Shown one piece after another: positions 54,508 to 64,000 of a stretch of DNA of 64,000 nucleotides (position 1 is its first letter; each line of letters starts with the position of its first letter). Position numbers and translations under genes: made by a program. This DNA is from Trichoplax adhaerens (Eukaryota; Animalia; Placozoa): NCBI RefSeq assembly GCF_000150275.1, contig NW_002060948.1, positions 5,502,336 through 5,566,335 of the forward strand, in the 5' to 3' direction. The notes beneath the pieces were generated by a model, which was given only the letters and a program-made list of their open reading frames with translations, did no database searches and had not been told where the DNA came from.

Positions 54508-56494
54508 ATGTCAAAATTTTATTTTTAATTTTCCTCGACTTACTAAAAGTTAAATTGTAGATCATATAATAAAATTTTTTCTGCAGCTCTTTATGCCATC
54601 TCATTGATAGCCTCAGTAATTTGATTGGATGCATTTATTATTCCCGCGGACTATCAAACTTGCTTTTGTAATGTATATAGCTGAATATAAAATACTGCTG
54701 ATATAGTTCAATGCAATTTCCATAAGATATATATTTTTGCTGTAAAGCATACATATGCAGTATGCTAATTTTTGTAATTGGTAGTCTAATACATTGCTTA
54801 TTTCAGTAGTGTTAGAATCTCTAAATTACTGATGTGATAAAGCAATTTAAAAAAATTGGATCATTGCAACGAGAAGTTGTGTCGTTACTCTATTAAGCTA
54901 CCGATACAAATTGTATCTTAATTCTTATTTCTTTATGTGAAGAAAAAATGGTACTCTTTCTATTTAATGTTGTATTGTAAACTAAAGTAAAGTGATGTTG
55001 GTATGCCATTATGTAATAATTCAAACGCTGTTCCCAATTGTGCTGCATGGGTGAGATAGTGCTACTAACATTACTGCCATACTCACTTTACTATTTGAAA
55101 GGCTATGTTAATTATATTGCATATTTTCGAGTTTATTCCTTTCATACTGTACAATTTGGGCGTATCTTTAAGAATGGATGCCTCTCCTGTAAAAATTCAT
55201 GAAATAATAGAACTAGGAATGCATTTCAGATATTAATCATCTTTTTATGGAATAATATTTGTGAATCATGATGTACAACAGAATAAAAAAAGGTGAAAGA
55301 ATAATACTATTTGACTTGACTCTGCTTTAAGTAAACGAGTTAATTTTAAGATTGCGGCACAAATACATTATAGTCGGGCTCAAGTTATAAATTAATTTAC
55401 GAATTATTTCTACCCTTCTTCCTTGCCTGTATGCATATAAACATTATCTATTCTGGAATGAAATTACTTGTATACAGTATATCATGTTTACAATTTATTA
55501 CCGTAGTTTTCGGTCGAAATCTAGTGTAATAAATATCTAAGATGGAGTATCAACATATCTACAAGTTGATTGCGGATAAGATTTTTTATTTTGTGGATAG
55601 TAGTACAACAGAATAACTAAATTGAATTTAAAGTAAATACTTGAATGATACGTATATTTTAGATGATCAATAACCGCGCTGAACGTAATATGTGTATAAG
55701 TAAATAGAACCATTCATTAATTACGTTCAGTGCTCAATAGATGGGCTTTACTGTATGCTGATAGAAAATTCAGAGGCAGCCAAGGCTACATTAATTAGGT
55801 AGTGAAGCCGACATTTACATCTTTTATGAGTTATGATGTTCATGATAAATATGATACTGTATGACTAAATAATATCATTATTATTGTAATTGTAATAATA
55901 ATTAATTTTATTTATTCATTGTTCTATTTACAGCAAATAACGATGAGCATATAGTACCATAAATCCTTAAGGTCATGTTGTGATATTAACTTAGTTTATG
56001 GTTAGAAAGTTCCAAATACTGTGAATAGATGATTCATTTAATAGTTTGGATTAAAGGCAACTTTTAAAAGATATTCTCTGTATCCTATAAAGGGACTATC
56101 CATCATAACTCTTTATTCTTTCAATACGTATTCGTTTCACAGCATCACTGGCCTAATGCCTACAGCACTCCGGTGAACATTTCAAGTGTAATTTCTCCTA
56201 CTAAACATAAGAAAGTATTTCCTAACTAGTTCTTCGGAAATGGTAAATGGAAAGCTCAACTTTAATATGTACACTGACTGAGCCATTTCGTCGTTGCAGA
56301 TCGCTAGTGTATAGTATATGCCCGTCTATATAGAGAGAGAGAATATTTTTACTTATTATTATTTAAGAACCACCATATAGGGTTGAACTAGATTTGATGT
56401 CGTTGTCGTTCTCGTGATGCAATTCTATATATAGTAACATACGTGATCTAGGTCATACTACACATGCGCATACTCTACACCGTGTCCATTCTAG

Positions 56495-56680
56495 CACTGT
56501 ATGAGTACAGTTTACGCTGCAATACGGTATCGTATCGTATCGCACTTCTGTCTGTACAGTACAGTACTATAGAAATTGATGGGTTTAACACCACAGTACA
56601 GTGCGTGAGTACAGTACATTATACTGTACAGTATGCTGGTTAAAGAGTAGACAGCAGTGCAACTGTACTGTACAATAACG
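56495..56680. repeat. (TACAG)/(CTGTA) array upstream of GABARAP
   Basis: Multiple TGTACAGTACAGTAC / CTGTACTGTAC runs 120-300 bp before the ATG. Confidence 0.75.
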
Positions 56681-56786
56681 TACAACGACTTCATCTGGCT
56701 GCTGTTTACAAGATATTATTTATTTACGATTCTTGTTGGAAATTTGGGGCAAAAGAAGATTCCTCCACAGGAGAGTTATTTCATAA

Positions 56787-59068
<2,282 letters not shown>

Positions 59069-60431
59069 TGCTATGCGCAATTAAACGGAAAATATAATCT
59101 ATCAGCAAGTTCCGTCATATAATAATTTCCCAACGAAATTTAGTCAAAATGAAGATTAATCAGCACTATAAACTGCAATGAAGTATTAAGTTTGAGCGAC
59201 GAATAGGTTATTATGTGAATTTTTACTGACTCTATATTGAGATAAATGATGATGGTGGATACAAGTATTGGAGCAAAAGTTAAGTAATTGTTCTATATCT
59301 TTAACTTCGATTATGTAAATTTAACTTTTATGGCTATTAAAAGTTCCTTGCATGTATGGCGTGATATGATACTATTCCAATCGCGTTAAGATCTTCTGTT
59401 AAGAAGCTCTAAGAGCTGTCACTAATTTAAATATGTAACTGCATTGAACTATAATAGTAATAAGTAGAATGAAGTGCCTAACTAATGTTATAGTGTGCAT
59501 AATATCATTATATCACGTACTTTGGTCAAGTAGACTAGTTGTTGAGATGCAACAGCTCGTCTCTGTCAGGATGTTATTTCGACATTGCTGACTACCATAT
59601 CTATCTGCATGTATACTGACGGATTCGATTGCAGTAACATTTTAAGGCAGTATAAGTTAACTTATTAAGGTTATAAATTGTAAAATTGATGTCCATTAAA
59701 ACGCTTTAACTTTTTTGAAAAATTAATTCATTTCGCTTTAGCTCAGCAAGTTTATTGAAATTACAAAGAGCAGAGTATACAGCATTGTATCACTTTATTT
59801 ACGTATCAATACTAGTGAAATATAGTACTATATGTTAACATTAATTAACCTCAGATATTAGCTGTCCGGCCTTGACCATGACAACCTTAATAATGGAACT
59901 ACCTGTGTGAGAATTTTACCCTATTAAGCAGTTGACATTAGAAAATACATCCATGCAGTAACGTACAAAATAGTAACAAATTTTATGAAAGCGTTTAGCC
60001 GATTTATCGCGTACTCTACTTATCCAGAGATGATACTTTACATCGGGCTATCAGCTTAGAGAACACAATTGAAATTAAGCAGGAAATATAAAAATGATAG
60101 AGAAAAAGAACTGTATGTACGAATATGTGTGGCATTGGTTGATTACAGTTCAAGACTAGTGTAGACTACGTTGACAGCTTGTTTCTTATCATTCTAATAC
60201 TATTATTGTACTATCAAATTAAAACATTTTAAACTCTTATAAATGTACAGCACAATACTGATTATTTAAAACCATCGTTTTTCCACGGATTTTAGTACAG
60301 TACCCAGCCCCCCCCCCCCCAAAAAAAAATGAACGCTCTGAATAAGTTATTTGAGATATGAACCCTTAACTTGTTAACTTTGAGACAACTAGTAAATCGA
60401 TAGAGTCCAAGTATTCGTTATTCTACGAAAC

Positions 60432-61440
60432 CGGATAATTTACCGCATTAAATTTACTTTACGCTATATAGGATTGAACGGTGTAAAATATTCAATCCAC
60501 CCTCGTCATATCAAAACAGATACATTGCTGCATTCGTTTGATTTTACGGTGTATAGGATTGAACGCTGCAAAGTATTCAATTGATGCTCGTAATATATCA
60601 AATGTAGATGGATATTGTTTTTATCCTATACTACTACATTGCACAGAGGTAAATTATCCCTAGATCCCCGTCAACATGCTGCGAAAGCGGATAATTTACC
60701 GCATTAAATTCACTTTACGCTGTATAGGATTGAACGATGTCCAATATTCAGTCCACCCTCGTCATATTAAAACAGACACATTGCTGCATTCGATTGATTT
60801 TACGGTGTATAGGATTGAACGCTGCAAAGTATTCAATTGATACTCGTAATATATCAAAATTAATCAAATGTACAGTAGATGGATATTGTTTTCATCCTAT
60901 ACTACTACATTGCACAGAGGTAAATTGTCCCTAGATCCCCGTCAACATGCTGCGAAAGCGGATAATTTACCGCATTAAATTCACTTTACGCTGTATAGGA
61001 TTGAACGGTGTCCAATATTCAATCCACCCTCGTCATATCAAAACAGATACATTGCTGCATTCGTTTGATTTTACGGTGTATAGGATTGAACGCTGCAAAG
61101 TATTCAATTGATGCTCGTAATATATCAAATGTAGATGGATATTGTTTTTATCCTATACTACTACATTGCACAGAGGTAAATTATCCCTAGATCCCCGTCA
61201 ACATGCTGCGAAAGCGGATAATTTACCGCATTAAATTCGCTTTACGCTGTATAGGATTGAACGATGTCCAATATTCAATCCACCCTCATCATATCAAAAC
61301 AGACACATTGCTGCATTCGATTAATTTTACGGTGTATAGGATTGAACGCTGCAAAGTATTCAATTGATGCTCGTAATATATCAAATGTAGATGGATATTG
61401 TTTTTATCCTAAATAGCTACATTGCAAAGAGGTAAATTAT
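60432..61440 (+). repeat. Tandem repeat, 4 near-identical copies of ~256-271 bp
   Basis: Units start at CGGATAATTTACCGCATTAAATT at 60432, 60688, 60959 and 61215. Each contains two TATAGGATTGAACG sub-repeats. Confidence 0.95.
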
Positions 61441-61532
61441 CGGCCTAGACCCGATTTTGATCACCCAAGCAAAATATTTGTACAGTATGGTATTACCAAT
61501 CCAAAACAATACCGTCCTTTGGTGGGTTTTCC

Positions 61533-61695
61533 AGTACAGTACAGTACAGTAACTGGAGTTCTTTCATACAGTACATAGTACTGTACTATTGTCTAAAAAG
61601 GGCCTGTACAGTACTGTACAGTAGTGTACTGTAGTGTACTGTACAGTACAGTATCCTCGTAAACGCCAGCAGTGAACAAATACTGTACTGCACTG
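61533..61695. repeat. (TACAG)/(CTGTA) array upstream of EMC1
   Basis: CAGTACAGTACAGTACAGT and CTGTACAGTACTGTACAGTAGTGTACTGTAGTGTACTGTACAGTACAGTA lie 300-450 bp before the ATG. Confidence 0.8.
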
Positions 61696-61988
61696 ACAAT
61701 GACGTGACCGTCAACTGCTCGTGCGGCAGTGAAGCGTTCATTGTGTGACACCAGGGTGCAGTCATGCATACCGGCTACAGCTACAATGACTGTAGTCAGT
61801 CGACCATCAAAGCGCGTAAATTCGCGGCGTAATCTGGATCGTTCCATACTCATTGCAGTATGTTTTAGGCCTGCTTGAGCGGCTGTACTACACGCACCAT
61901 TCAAGTCCAATTGGTTGTAGTCAAAGTACACGAGTTCACACAATAACGTTCAGTGCACCATCTTGGTCAAAGACTTGAAAGTGATAAA

Positions 61989-64000
61989 ATGGCTCTCTAT
62001 GGTCGCATTTCCTTATTCATTTTTCTGCTAATATTGAATGTTTGCATCCATCAAAGCCACTGTATGTATGAAGACCAGATTGGTTCCTTCGATTGGTAAT
62101 GACAGCCATTCAATTAAGTATTCGTAAACAAGTAAAGCTGATTGGAATTGTAATGGTTAATTATCTGAACAGATCAACTCTGGGTACTTGCATCCGTTCA
62201 AATTTTCTAGGCTTGCTTGAGTAGTTTTATCCATGTCCAACGGATTTTAAGATAGAAATAAGCAAAGATACTCTACACACGATGATAGTGCATAGTTCAT
62301 TCGGGGGACTACAGGAGCAATAATAGCCTAAAATAGTGATCAAGTCACTTATTCACACACTATTTTACCGATCAAGAACTAACTCAAAGGTTTTTTGACT
62401 CACTGATACAGTTTTGGACAGGAGATCTGTCGTCAATGACGAGTCATGCTGTCACGTACTATTGGATTGTTAGGATAGCGAAACATTTATTCTATAAACT
62501 ACCCCAAAGTATTCCATCCAATAGAAAAGCGATAGTGTATCACACATTATGATGGCCAGTTGATGATTCACTGTTACGATAGTGAACGACCATATTCTAC
62601 GCTGTCGAGGTGGTTAAGTGCCAGTGATTTCTTAAAATAGCTACCACATTCATTGTAGGAGCACCCAAGTATTCCATCAAATTGAAAGTGATATTGTATC
62701 ACTGACAGCATCACGATAGACAATGAATCATTACCTGTTATAATATGGAAAGACTGTACTTCTACGTTGTAGAGCGGTTATAACATTTGGAGATAACTCA
62801 GTAGTCACCCCGACAACACACGACTTAACCACACATTGAACTTGGCCCTTATTCAATATCCCGTGTCCTGTAGAAGATGCGATCACTGCAGTTTGATCAA
62901 TGCTGTCTTAGCTGATTTCTTCACCTTTGAATGTCATAATGGTCAATGCAAAATGCCAATCACATTGGATGATTGAATAACACTAGTACAAATTCTCGTC
63001 GCTTTGCTGACAGCTTACGATAATGTGCTCATTTGTTAATAATTAACAGATCGTATTACCATTTGTCAGTATGATATTGCCAGTAGTTGTATGCTACCCA
63101 AATCTGCATCTATCTATGGATGCTACTCTATTTATCCATGTCATGAAAGGAAGAGATTGTTGTCAGCAACTTATGGCTGCAACTATACGATTTATTTGAT
63201 CCTGTCATGTTGTGAGCTGTAAAATGAACAACTATAGTACTATATGCGTACAATTAAGAACTATGTAACAATCTCAACATCAAGTATTCTACAGAGTGCT
63301 GATCATGATTACCTTCTAATGACTATGCACGGCGTAACTTAAATTTCTCCTAGTTTAGCTATACAGTACTTTAATTCCTAATATTCCTGCTCATTCTTTA
63401 GGCATCAAAACTATGTTGGGAAAGCAAAATTTATCTACGTCGATCAGTCGTCTCATAGTAGTAGACGGTTAGTGATCGGTTCTCATTCAGGTGCTGTAGC
63501 TACCTTGAATGCTCGTACTGGTGCGATAGGTTAGTCAAACAGTAATGAGAGATACGATCTATCTTATCACGATTGTCGATATTTTTTTACGTCTCCCAAG
63601 TAATTTGAAGATAAATTAATAGAATCTCTTATCATTAAATATTCCATTTAGTATGGCGACAAGTCATGGAAAGGCAAGATGGCCAGTTGAATGCTTTATT
63701 ACACAAGAATAAGGGTAAGAAAATCTTCTTGTTTTGAAATACAAATACAATAATTTAACTTTAATGACTCGATTCAATAGTGCATTTTTATGATGGCTAT
63801 TATACGAAATAACTCGGATACTAATTCTTTATTACCTTAGTATCGTCACTAATTTGTCGGCATTTGTAATAGCATATTATGATACGATATGATTATTCCT
63901 TTCATAGTTCTAGTATCAGTTTCATCTCAAGGACGCTTATTCCGCCGATGGGACTTAAATTCAGGAAATATTTTGTGGGAGTCATCTTTGCCAATGCAAT
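61989..64000 (+). CDS. EMC1: ER membrane protein complex subunit 1, 5' part (runs off window)
   Basis: Exons 61989-62095, 63402-63529, ~63652-63714 and 63908-end: signal peptide MALYGRISLFIFLLILNVCIHQSHC, then MYEDQIGSFDW-HQNYVGKAKF..RLVIGS..ATLNARTGAIVWRQV..VSVSSQGRLFRRWDLNSGNILWES. The YEDQxGxFDW motif is diagnostic. Confidence 0.93.
62504..62780 (+). repeat. Two diverged ~115-bp direct repeats in EMC1 intron 1
   Basis: AAGTATTCCATC.AAT.GAAA..GATA.TGTATCAC...CTGTTA..ATA...TTCTACG.TGT.GAG..GGTTA at ~62504-62615 and ~62665-62780. Confidence 0.65.

Noticed and set aside
60737-61190. Duplicated 60-65-aa ORFs (MSNIQSTLV...)
   Set aside because: These are incidental ORFs inside the 256-bp tandem repeat, and their starts are not conserved across copies.
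61593-61943. 116-aa minus-strand ORF in the GC-richer region upstream of EMC1
   Set aside because: It has a GTG start, ends in repeat-derived residues and matches no family. It is best explained as EMC1 promoter or 5' UTR.

Overview
AT-rich, intron-rich eukaryotic DNA from a compact animal genome. Gene style and the (TACAG)n promoter arrays suggest a placozoan (Trichoplax-like), which is an inference. By splicing exons by hand I recover 11 protein-coding genes: a 13-exon, ~1015-aa gene with two tandem macrodomain-like modules followed by three TIR domains (6162-11716, +), CYB5D1 (-), a C3orf33-like nuclease-fold gene (+), cyclin L (+), NCAPD2 (-), ASTE1 (+), SPCS1 (+), MTHFR (-), a stand-alone eIF4G-type MIF4G protein (+), GABARAP/ATG8 (+) and the 5' end of EMC1 (+). 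Non-coding structure includes (TACAG)/(CTGTA) arrays upstream of most housekeeping genes, an array of five 45-bp GC-rich units between NCAPD2 and ASTE1, and two ~250-bp-unit tandem repeats. The best candidate for an undescribed system is the Macro-Macro-TIR-TIR-TIR protein. It places a putative NAD+-cleaving TIR and putative ADP-ribose-sensing macrodomains in one intron-containing animal gene, echoing bacterial TIR/macrodomain (Thoeris-like) antiphage signalling. No database searches were run, so all family calls rest on motif recognition.
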